A DNA stretch of 64,000 nucleotides from an uncultured bacterium (lineage in GTDB: Bacteria > Auribacterota > Erginobacteria > Erginobacterales > Erginobacteraceae): positions 160,001 to 224,000 of the forward strand of contig CAWGIE010000031.1 of the NCBI GenBank assembly GCA_963822585.1. The letters are read 5' to 3'. Of the stretch, positions 50,816-58,901 are shown in pieces (the stretch's first letter is position 1; every line of letters begins with the position of its first letter). A program made the translations under genes and the position numbers. The notes beneath the pieces are model-generated. The model had not been told where the DNA came from, did not search any database, and saw only the letters and a program-made list of their open reading frames with translations.

Positions 50816-53337
50816 AGACGATGAAAAAAATTGGGTTGAATGACATTGCGAGGAAATCCCTCCTTAAATATCATTGCGAGGAGCGAGATCCTTCGCTTGC
50901 GCTCAGGACAGGCTCCGCAAACTCAATCCTTCGCCGGACTGGAGATTGCTTCGCTTCACTCGCAATGACTATGATTGCCCTCACGGTGACTGCTTCACTT
51001 TTCTTCGCCTTCCCGATGGGTTTGAGCGCCGAAACGCTGATCCTCGACTACTCCACCTACCTCGGGGGGAGTGGAGTTGACTATGGTTACGCCATCGCCG
51101 TCGAAGGTGGCGAGGCCTATATCTCCGGTTATACCCAGTCTTTAACCGATTTCCCCGTCGCGGGCGCCTACCAGACCACGTATGGCGGCAGCCAGGATGC
51201 CTTTGTCAGCAAGCTCAATTCCGCCGGCAACAATCTCATCTATTCAACGTATCTTGGTGGTGACGGTGCCGATACCGCCTATGGTATCGCCGTTGACGCT
51301 GGTGAGGTCTATGTTGCCGGAGAAACCACTTCAACCAATTTCCCCATTTACAACGCTTTCCAGGGCGGCGGCGGCGGCACTTACGCGGATGCCTTCGTCT
51401 CCAAGATCAACTCCGCCGGCGATACCCTCATTTACTCGACTTATCTGGGAGGTGGAATGGCCGATGGGGCGAAAGCGATCGCCGTCGAAAGCTACGAGGC
51501 GTATGTCGCCGGGGTGACCAACTCCACCGATTTCCCGACCGTTAACGCCTATCAGGCCAGTAAAGGGAGCGTCCAGGACGCTTTCATCAGCAAGCTCAAC
51601 TCCGCCGGCAACGGCCTCCTTTATTCAACCTTTCTGGGAGGTGACGACACCGATGTGGCGAAAGGCATCTCCGTCGCGGGCGGCGGGTACGCCTATGTTA
51701 CCGGAGACACTGCCTCATTCGCTTTTCCAGCCATAAACGCCTATCAGACAACCTTTTCAGGGGACACTGGTGTGTCGGACGCCTTTGTCACCAAGGTCGC
51801 CCCCGACGGGCTTTCCCTTATATTCTCAACCTATCTGGGGGGAACTACCGGCCCCACCAGTGAGGACACCGGAGACGCTATCGCCGTGGACACAAGTTAT
51901 TGCGTTTACGTTATCGGTTCGACCCTCGCCACCGATTTCCCCACCGTTAACCCTTACCAGGCGAATCCCGCCGGGGACAGGGACATTTTCGCCGCTAAGT
52001 TTGCCTCCGGCGGGAATGCTTTGATTTATTCCACCTATTTGGGCGGAATATCACTCGACCAGGGATATGATCTCGCCGTAGACTCCAGTAAGCGCGCCTG
52101 CCTGACGGGGTATGTTACTTCCGTGGATTTCCCCACCGTTAATCCCTACCAGTCAACCCGGAACGGGACGGCCAGGGAAGCTTTCGTCAGCCGCATCTCC
52201 TCCGACGGCAGCGTGCTGGAATATTCGACCTATCTGGGAGGGAATGGGCTCGATCAGGCGAACGGGATCTCGCTTTACGGCGACGATGTCTATCTCGTCG
52301 GAAATACTCAGTCCGGCGATTTCCCGACAGTGAACGCGTATCAGGCAGCCCATGCCGGGGGGACGGAGGACGCCTTCGCCGCCAGGCTGAAATTCGTCTT
52401 CACACCGACGCCGACGCCGCCGCCGCCGCCGACGCGGACGCCGCCGCCAACGCCGCCGCCAACGCCGCCGCCGACAGCCACTCCGCCGCCAACAGCGACG
52501 CCGGTCGGGTATCATACACCGCCCCCGACTCCCCTGCCGATGCCGACGGCTGTCTGGGCCCCGAGCACCGACCCTGACAAGCTCGATTCCCTCCTGGGGA
52601 CCGGGTTCTTCCCCCCCGGGACGGACATGGACAGTTCAACCACGATAAATATCTGGATCGGACAAAAATGGGAGAAGAACTTCATGTCCAGCGATGGGTA
52701 CTGGAAAGACCAGACTCAGAACCCTTCCACCCTGACGATCAAGCCGGAGAGCGGGTTCCAACTTCAATTCGATGCCGGCCTTCCCTCAAATCATACTTTT
52801 TACCTCGCCGCCCGGCTCAAGACCAACAGCTACTACCACGAGATCAACTCGCGGATCTGGAACAGTCAGACGGTGAGCCCGGGCGATGATGCCTTTGACA
52901 CTGAGGCCCAGCTCACAAACATCGCCTACAACTTCCCGGTCAGGACCGACTTCATCAGCGGTCTCACCCCCGATTTCCCTCTCCTGGCGGGGACCAAAAA
53001 CGCCGCTTTCCCCGGCTGGGAAGCCTTTGAGAGCGACTGGGTTCTCTTCTATGACCAGGACATACCTGGTGTGGGATCGGGTGTGACCGCGGCCGTCTAT
53101 TACGACCACGGCGAAGGGGCCGAACACGATCGCTGGGAGTATATTCTCCCCTTTTCCCTGATGGGGGAGGAGGTGGGTGTCGGGGACCTCTCCTTCGCCC
53201 CCGGCGCGCCGGTAATAACGCTCCAGTACTGCAACCCCAACGACCCTGGTCCCTGGTCGTCTTTCACGATGGGGGACAGCATGCCTTACCAGAATAACGG
53301 GGCCAACAAGATCAAAACCTACTTGAAATATGAATAA
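50812..53337 (+). CDS. Secreted SBBP-type beta-propeller repeat protein with Pro/Thr linker and a C-terminal domain shared with 24369..26099
   Basis: ATGA overlap with the giant gene stop; seven (Y/F)STYLGG...D....IAV.....YV.G.T.S.DFP...DAFVSK repeats; PT linker ~52400-52550. Confidence 0.88.
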   Translation: MKTMKKIGLNDIARKSLLKYHCEERDPSLALRTGSANSILRRTGDCFASLAMTMIALTVTASLFFAFPMGLSAETLILDYSTYLGGSGVDYGYAIAVEGGEAYISGYTQSLTDFPVAGAYQTTYGGSQDAFVSKLNSAGNNLIYSTYLGGDGADTAYGIAVDAGEVYVAGETTSTNFPIYNAFQGGGGGTYADAFVSKINSAGDTLIYSTYLGGGMADGAKAIAVESYEAYVAGVTNSTDFPTVNAYQASKGSVQDAFISKLNSAGNGLLYSTFLGGDDTDVAKGISVAGGGYAYVTGDTASFAFPAINAYQTTFSGDTGVSDAFVTKVAPDGLSLIFSTYLGGTTGPTSEDTGDAIAVDTSYCVYVIGSTLATDFPTVNPYQANPAGDRDIFAAKFASGGNALIYSTYLGGISLDQGYDLAVDSSKRACLTGYVTSVDFPTVNPYQSTRNGTAREAFVSRISSDGSVLEYSTYLGGNGLDQANGISLYGDDVYLVGNTQSGDFPTVNAYQAAHAGGTEDAFAARLKFVFTPTPTPPPPPTRTPPPTPPPTPPPTATPPPTATPVGYHTPPPTPLPMPTAVWAPSTDPDKLDSLLGTGFFPPGTDMDSSTTINIWIGQKWEKNFMSSDGYWKDQTQNPSTLTIKPESGFQLQFDAGLPSNHTFYLAARLKTNSYYHEINSRIWNSQTVSPGDDAFDTEAQLTNIAYNFPVRTDFISGLTPDFPLLAGTKNAAFPGWEAFESDWVLFYDQDIPGVGSGVTAAVYYDHGEGAEHDRWEYILPFSLMGEEVGVGDLSFAPGAPVITLQYCNPNDPGPWSSFTMGDSMPYQNNGANKIKTYLKYE
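50871..50968. repeat. Palindromic element inserted in frame in the 5' coding region, with a nested ~26-bp insert
   Basis: TCATTGCGAG (50871-50880)...GAGATTGCTTCG...CTCGCAATGA (50959-50968); nested tccttcgcttgcgctcaggacaggct (50889-50914). Confidence 0.7.
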
Positions 53338-53339
53338 CT

Positions 53340-53486
53340 ATATTTTCCCTTGGGGAAAATATACGTGGGCAAGCCCGGAAAGATATTACAGGGCTATTCT
53401 ATAGTTAGTTTGTGTAATTCGCGTAATTCGTGGTTTTATTTAATCGCCCGAGCCCCGGTAAACCGGGGTAAACTGCGCGAGGGCTT
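53340..53486 (+). repeat. Intergenic mosaic homologous to 17300-17375 and 26288-26447
   Basis: tatattttccc-ttg-gggaaaatata hairpin; gtgtaattcgcgtaattcgtggtt; gcccgagccccggtaaaccggggtaaactgcgcgagggct. Confidence 0.65.
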
Positions 53487-53509
53487 GGAGTATTCGTCGG
53501 AGAAATAAC

Positions 53510-54094
53510 GTGACCAAGAAAATCTTTATAACAGTAATCCTGCTCTCGATCGCCGGCTTCTTCTCCGCTCGGGTATGGGGTTATAACGTAACCCTGATCT
53601 ACCGGAACACGGTGGGGTTGATGGATGAGCACATGACGCTTTTGGAAGACGGCGATCTGGTCCAGCTTATCTTTACCAATGACTTGACGCGGAACCCGCC
53701 CAATATCATGAATGGGATGCCCACCGGAGATGATGTCCTCTGGGAGGGGACCGTTATCGGTGCCGGGGTCGGGCCCAGTGGAACTGGGACATTTATTGAT
53801 TCGTATCAATATAGCAGTGGAGATCTCGGCAAATATGTCTACATCCGTTTCTTCAACGCCTCGGTAATGGGGCAGGTGACTTACTATGGGATGAGCGGCC
53901 TCCACACCCTCTCCGAATTATTATTCAGCGGCACCCTGATCGATGTCTGGGACGTGACCGCCGGGGGACTCTACCTCTGGACCGAGTACCCCTTCATCGT
54001 CGTCCCCGAGCCGGGGACCTGGCTGACCATGCTCCCCGCTCTGGTATTCGCGATTTTTATCTTCCGGAAGAGGAAGAAAGACAAACAGTTATAA
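53510..54094 (+). CDS. PEP-CTERM sorting domain protein
   Basis: Signal peptide; C-terminal VPEPGTW + TM helix + RKRKK; body homologous to the N-domains of 26497.. and 54338.. (GDLVQLI...PTGDD...YIRFFNA...YYG). Confidence 0.9.
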   Translation: MTKKIFITVILLSIAGFFSARVWGYNVTLIYRNTVGLMDEHMTLLEDGDLVQLIFTNDLTRNPPNIMNGMPTGDDVLWEGTVIGAGVGPSGTGTFIDSYQYSSGDLGKYVYIRFFNASVMGQVTYYGMSGLHTLSELLFSGTLIDVWDVTAGGLYLWTEYPFIVVPEPGTWLTMLPALVFAIFIFRKRKKDKQL

Positions 54095-54337
54095 ATGAAC
54101 GGAGCGATAAGCCCGAATGTCTAAATAATGAGGGTATATCAATCTAAAAAAAGCCGGGGAAGCGCGAAATAATCCCATTAAATCACATTCAATCGTCTGC
54201 GCCGCCCCGCCGCGCCCCGAAGCCTTAATCGGGGAAGTCTTAATCGGGGTTCAAACAGGGGCCGAGGTTGGGGGGGGCTGTATAATTTTATCTTGAACAT
54301 TTGTTTATCTGTTACCTGTAAGCGTGAAGTTCTTATT

Positions 54338-56047
54338 ATGAAGCCCGGCAAATACAATTCAGTTATCCTCGTCCTGGTGCTGGCACTCGGCATCCTCTCC
54401 TCGCCGCGGGCGGGCAGGGCGGGAAACCTTTATCGTCCCTTCATCGTCTGTGCCCGCGCCCCCCTTCTCACAGAACGGGGCGAACTCCTGTCAGGCACGA
54501 ACCCGGCTCGTGCGAACTGGGACGGCCAGTACGGCGCCCTGATCCAGGTCATTCTGGTCGGCCCCGACGGCGCGATCTCTCCCCCCGACAGTGCCGGGAA
54601 TCCGGCCGGCGACGACACCATCCTGGCCGTCACCTCCATCGGCGTCGGAGAACCGCACAGCTGGGAACTCTCCGGCCGGTTCTGTTTCCTCCTGGGCCGT
54701 CCCCCCGATGAAAACATCTACGCCCGGGTTTTCAACAGATCGACGCTGGAAGACTCTTTCTTCTACGGAGAGTCAACCATCTTTACCGCGGATCGGTCAA
54801 CGGACGAGAATTTCGCCGTTAACGAGGCCGCGCTTCTCTCCACCGACCGGCCTCTCGACGACGGGGACGATGACGGTGACGGGGCCAACAACTCCTGGGA
54901 GAAGTCCCTTCAGACCGACAAGGATGATTACGATCACGACGGCGACGGCCTCCTCGACGGAGAGGAACTGCTGGGTCACACCCTCCCCGTCAACCGCCAG
55001 AACCTGGGACTGCCGGCGGTAGGCGAGATCACCTTCAATGTCGCCGACCCCGGTATCCCGGTCACCAATCCGAAGTCGATCGATACCGACGGCGATACCT
55101 ACAGCGATTACGTCGAGGTGGTGGAACTGGGCAGCGACCCGACCGACCCGAACAGTCCCGCGTTCCCCAGTCCGATACCGACAGCGACGCCGAGAGTTCC
55201 CACCCCGATACCGCCCACCACGCCAACTCCGGCGCCGACCGTTGTCATCCCGACACCGACCTCTGGAATTCCCACCCCTACCCCGTCGCCGCGGCCGACC
55301 GCCTTCTACCAGGTGATGGGTGGCAACGACTTTAACGGGGATGGGACCGCCGATATCGCCATCTTCCGGAACAGCCTCTGGGCGGTCCGCGGTCTGACCC
55401 GGGTCTATTACGGCAACCCCTCGGGCGACCTCCCCGTCCCCGGCGATTATGACGGCGACGGCACCGCCGACATTGCCGTTTTCCGGCCGGCGGCCGGTCT
55501 CTGGGTAATCCGGGGCGGCGACCGGGTCTATTTCGGCATTCCGGGCGACCGGGCCGTCCCCGGCGACTACGACGGTGACGGCGCCACCGATATCGCCGTC
55601 TTCCGTCCCGCCAGCGGCCTCTGGGCGGTCCGCGGCCTGGATCGGATCTATTACGGCGGTGCCGCCGACGCGCCGGTCCCGGACGATTATGACGGCAATG
55701 GCCTGGTCGACCGGGCGATATTCCGGCCGGCGACCGGTCTCTGGGCAGTCCGGGCCGTGACCCGGATTTACTTCGGCCGCGACGGAGATAACGCCGTCTC
55801 GGGCGATTTCAACGGGGACGGGACTGCCGGGATCGGCATTTTCCGCCAGGACAACGGCCTCTGGGCCTTCCGCGGGGTCACCCGGGCTTATTTCGGGCGT
55901 GATCTTGATCAGCCGGTCTCGGCCGACTACGGCGGATTCGGTATGGCTGAGATCGGGATCTTCCGCCCCTCTTCCGGTTTCTGGGCCATCCGCGACATCA
56001 CCCGCTGCTACTTTGGGGGGACCGGTGATATTCCCCTCTCCCGATAA
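54338..56047 (+). CDS. Secreted protein: conserved N-domain, DxDGDG Ca-binding repeats, Pro/Thr linker, C-terminal FG-GAP-like repeats
   Basis: Paralog of 26497..27996; the last 756 bp are colinear and highly similar to 27241-27996. Confidence 0.85.
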   Translation: MKPGKYNSVILVLVLALGILSSPRAGRAGNLYRPFIVCARAPLLTERGELLSGTNPARANWDGQYGALIQVILVGPDGAISPPDSAGNPAGDDTILAVTSIGVGEPHSWELSGRFCFLLGRPPDENIYARVFNRSTLEDSFFYGESTIFTADRSTDENFAVNEAALLSTDRPLDDGDDDGDGANNSWEKSLQTDKDDYDHDGDGLLDGEELLGHTLPVNRQNLGLPAVGEITFNVADPGIPVTNPKSIDTDGDTYSDYVEVVELGSDPTDPNSPAFPSPIPTATPRVPTPIPPTTPTPAPTVVIPTPTSGIPTPTPSPRPTAFYQVMGGNDFNGDGTADIAIFRNSLWAVRGLTRVYYGNPSGDLPVPGDYDGDGTADIAVFRPAAGLWVIRGGDRVYFGIPGDRAVPGDYDGDGATDIAVFRPASGLWAVRGLDRIYYGGAADAPVPDDYDGNGLVDRAIFRPATGLWAVRAVTRIYFGRDGDNAVSGDFNGDGTAGIGIFRQDNGLWAFRGVTRAYFGRDLDQPVSADYGGFGMAEIGIFRPSSGFWAIRDITRCYFGGTGDIPLSR

Positions 56048-56220
56048 TCGGTAATCAGTAACCGGTGATCGGTAAGCGGTAGCCGCCATGAAAGCTTTGG
56101 GGGGACCCCCTAAAGTTAGCGCCAAGCGCTCATTCGATCGCTATGAATTGATTCAACCACGGCGTAAGACTGTGGCTCATCTACTGATTACCGATAACTG
56201 ATTACTGATTACTGATTACT
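56045..56220. repeat. Inverted arrays of 7-bp tandem repeats around an ~100-bp spacer
   Basis: taatcgg taatcag taaccgg tgatcgg ... actgatt accgata actgatt actgatt actgatt; the spacer contains aagttagcgccaagcgct. Confidence 0.8.
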
Positions 56221-56232
56221 GCGAAGAGTATT

Positions 56233-58635
56233 ATGAAGATATTTACCACAGTGCTTGTTGCATTCATGCTGATAACCGTCCTCCCCCCCACCGCCCCGGC
56301 CCAGCCATTCTGGACCAATTTCTCTTACACCGACTGGTCTCCCGGCACCGATGCCGCCATCGCCGGCGTTCGGGCATTCGACTCCGCCACCGTCTGGGAT
56401 GGAGACCGCTTCGTCACCTTCTTCCAGGGGACTGACGGCGAACCATATCTGATCGCCTCTTCCAGCGACGGGCAAACCTGGTCCTACCTCAACGGCCAGA
56501 ACCCGATCACTGTCTCCAACCTCTTCTCCTACGGGATGGGGAACCACACCGTGGCCTGCGATCCCGACGGCTTCCCTTCCGGCGAGATCGTCTGGACCGC
56601 CCAGGCCGGGAACGTGAGATACAAGATGTGGTACGCCGACACCTCCACCGGCGAACAACTCCAATACGCCGAATCAACCGGAGGGATCGACTGGCAGGCC
56701 TTTACCGAGGACGATTACTGCCCTCCTACTGACAAAACCGATACCAACCGGTTCATGACCAGACCTTCGGTTCTCTACCGCCCCAACGGGAATACCGATC
56801 TCTCGACCGACCACCCGATGGACAACCGCTACCTGATGTACGTAAACAGCGCCGCGGACCTCGATCCCTATTACTTTGAACTCTACATCTCCAGCGACGG
56901 CCTTGACTGGACTCTGTACGCCTCCGACTGGCGCTGCCAGTCACGATCCCCCGGACAGTCGTTTTACAAAACCGTCACCTTCTCGGCCTACACCGGTGAG
57001 CCGGATTATCTCGACGACTTTGAGGAAGTTTATTACGACGGTGTCCGGGAGGGGTGGATGCTCTGGACCCATAACGGCAACACCGGCCCGATCGCCTCCT
57101 GGTATTCGACGGACGGTTATGACTGGGTTTTTAGGGAAGAGCCGATCAACGGGATCGGGGAGATGAACGCGCAAAGCGGATACTGGAATCAAGAGGCCAA
57201 CTATGACCTCGATTCCGTCCGTCTCGGAACCAGCTACTTCTTCCTCCGTTCCGGCCTGACCAGCGATCCAGCGGAGAAATACCAGCTGGGGGCGGGTATT
57301 ATCAAGGGCACATTGTCTGCAGAAGTAGATGAACTCCCATCCCGTGTCTGGGGCACCACACTTATAAGCTACCGACTCTTTTCCTGGAACAATCAGATTT
57401 CCCCTCAAATTGAAACATTTATGTTTATCTATGCCTTCCCGGCTGGTGACGCTACCCAGGGGACTGGCGGAGATGGGAAAATCAATCTATCCGCAGGTAT
57501 CGGCGGGATTGAGCATACCTTCGCCTGGAATTGCTCGGCTGATTTTCCGGGGGGTGGTGTAAATAATTTGTTTTTCCGCCTGATTCCTTTAATTAGCACT
57601 GCTCCTTATAAAGAGGGTGAATATGACAATATCGGCCCAATGTATATAAATCCCGCTAGCCCGTCCCCTACACAGTCGCCCACCCCCAGCGCGACGCCCA
57701 CCCCGCCGGGATTCAAAACCCCCTCTCCGGTCCCCACCGCGTCCCCGACACCAACCGCGAAACCCAGCGCGACACCGACCCCGAAACCAACCGCCACCGC
57801 AAAACCCACTGCGACCGCGAAACCCACCGCGACCGCGAAACCGACCGCCAGCCGCACCCCTCACCGGACCCCGACCCCGGTGCCGCCGACCGGCGCGCCG
57901 CCCTGGATCCTCGACTATGACGGCGACGGCACCTCCGACCTCGGCATCTACCGTCCCACGATCGGGGTCTGGGCGATCCGAGGCGTCACCCGGGTTTACT
58001 TCGGGGGGGCCACCGACGTCACCGTCCCCGGAGATTACGACGGCGACCGGACCACCGATATCGGCATCTTCCGGCCCTCGGCCGGGCTCTGGGCCCTGCG
58101 TAAAGTCAGCCGGATTTATTTCGGGAGCTCGGGCGACCGGACCGTACCGGGCGATTACGACGGCAGCGGCACCTGGGCGGTCGGCATCTATCGTCCCACG
58201 ATCGGGGTCTGGGCGATCCGGGGCGTCACCCGGGCTTACTTCGGGGGGGCTTCCGACATTCCGGTCTCCGGTTATTACGCCGGCAGCCTCTCGCGAAAAA
58301 TCGGCATTTATCGACCCTCCAGCGGGGTCTGGGCTATCCGCGGTGTCACCCGGATCTACTTCGGCAGTTCCTCCGATCGAATGGTCCCCGGTGATTATGA
58401 TGGAAGCGGCACCTGGGCGGTCGGCATCTATCGTCCCGCCAGCGGGGTCTGGGCCATCCGGGGCGTCACCCGGGCATATTTCGGCGCGGTTGCCGACCAG
58501 CCCATTCCCGGTGATTACGCGGGCACGGGGGTAGATAGAATCGGCATCTATCGCTCCGCCGCCGGCCTCTGGGCCATCCGCGGCGTCACCCGGGTCTACT
58601 TCGGCGCCGCGGGAGACATCCCGGTCTCCCGATAA
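56233..58635 (+). CDS. Secreted protein: glycoside-hydrolase-like beta-propeller, Ig-like segment, PT/KPTATA linker, C-terminal FG-GAP-like repeats
   Basis: Signal peptide; blade motifs YKMWY..YAES.GGIDW, YLMY..ISSDGLDW, WYSTDGYDW; repeats ending GDIPVSR. Confidence 0.75.
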   Translation: MKIFTTVLVAFMLITVLPPTAPAQPFWTNFSYTDWSPGTDAAIAGVRAFDSATVWDGDRFVTFFQGTDGEPYLIASSSDGQTWSYLNGQNPITVSNLFSYGMGNHTVACDPDGFPSGEIVWTAQAGNVRYKMWYADTSTGEQLQYAESTGGIDWQAFTEDDYCPPTDKTDTNRFMTRPSVLYRPNGNTDLSTDHPMDNRYLMYVNSAADLDPYYFELYISSDGLDWTLYASDWRCQSRSPGQSFYKTVTFSAYTGEPDYLDDFEEVYYDGVREGWMLWTHNGNTGPIASWYSTDGYDWVFREEPINGIGEMNAQSGYWNQEANYDLDSVRLGTSYFFLRSGLTSDPAEKYQLGAGIIKGTLSAEVDELPSRVWGTTLISYRLFSWNNQISPQIETFMFIYAFPAGDATQGTGGDGKINLSAGIGGIEHTFAWNCSADFPGGGVNNLFFRLIPLISTAPYKEGEYDNIGPMYINPASPSPTQSPTPSATPTPPGFKTPSPVPTASPTPTAKPSATPTPKPTATAKPTATAKPTATAKPTASRTPHRTPTPVPPTGAPPWILDYDGDGTSDLGIYRPTIGVWAIRGVTRVYFGGATDVTVPGDYDGDRTTDIGIFRPSAGLWALRKVSRIYFGSSGDRTVPGDYDGSGTWAVGIYRPTIGVWAIRGVTRAYFGGASDIPVSGYYAGSLSRKIGIYRPSSGVWAIRGVTRIYFGSSSDRMVPGDYDGSGTWAVGIYRPASGVWAIRGVTRAYFGAVADQPIPGDYAGTGVDRIGIYRSAAGLWAIRGVTRVYFGAAGDIPVSR

Positions 58636-58710
58636 CCCCCGGCCCCTCACTCTTCAGTCCTCCTCGTACACAGATTTTTACCCAGCGATAATCGAAGGTC
58701 ATTTTGTGGG

Positions 58711-58846
58711 TCGGATTTCGCTCCGCCCGCCGCCGGGCCAAAGCTTTAATCGGGATGCAATCGGGGTCATTCGGATTTCGTCATTCGGATTTCGCTCCGC
58801 CCCGCCGCCGTCCCGAAGCTTTAATCGGGATACAATCGGGGGCATT
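58711..58846 (+). repeat. Direct repeat of ~60 bp, two copies; related copy at 54196-54250
   Basis: tcggatttcgctccgccc(c)gccgcc...aagctttaatcgggat(g/a)caatcgggg twice. Confidence 0.75.
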
Positions 58847-58901
58847 CATCCCCTCTTTTTCTCCGTGAACTTCGTGTCCTTGGTGGTTTATAATACCTTG
58901 G

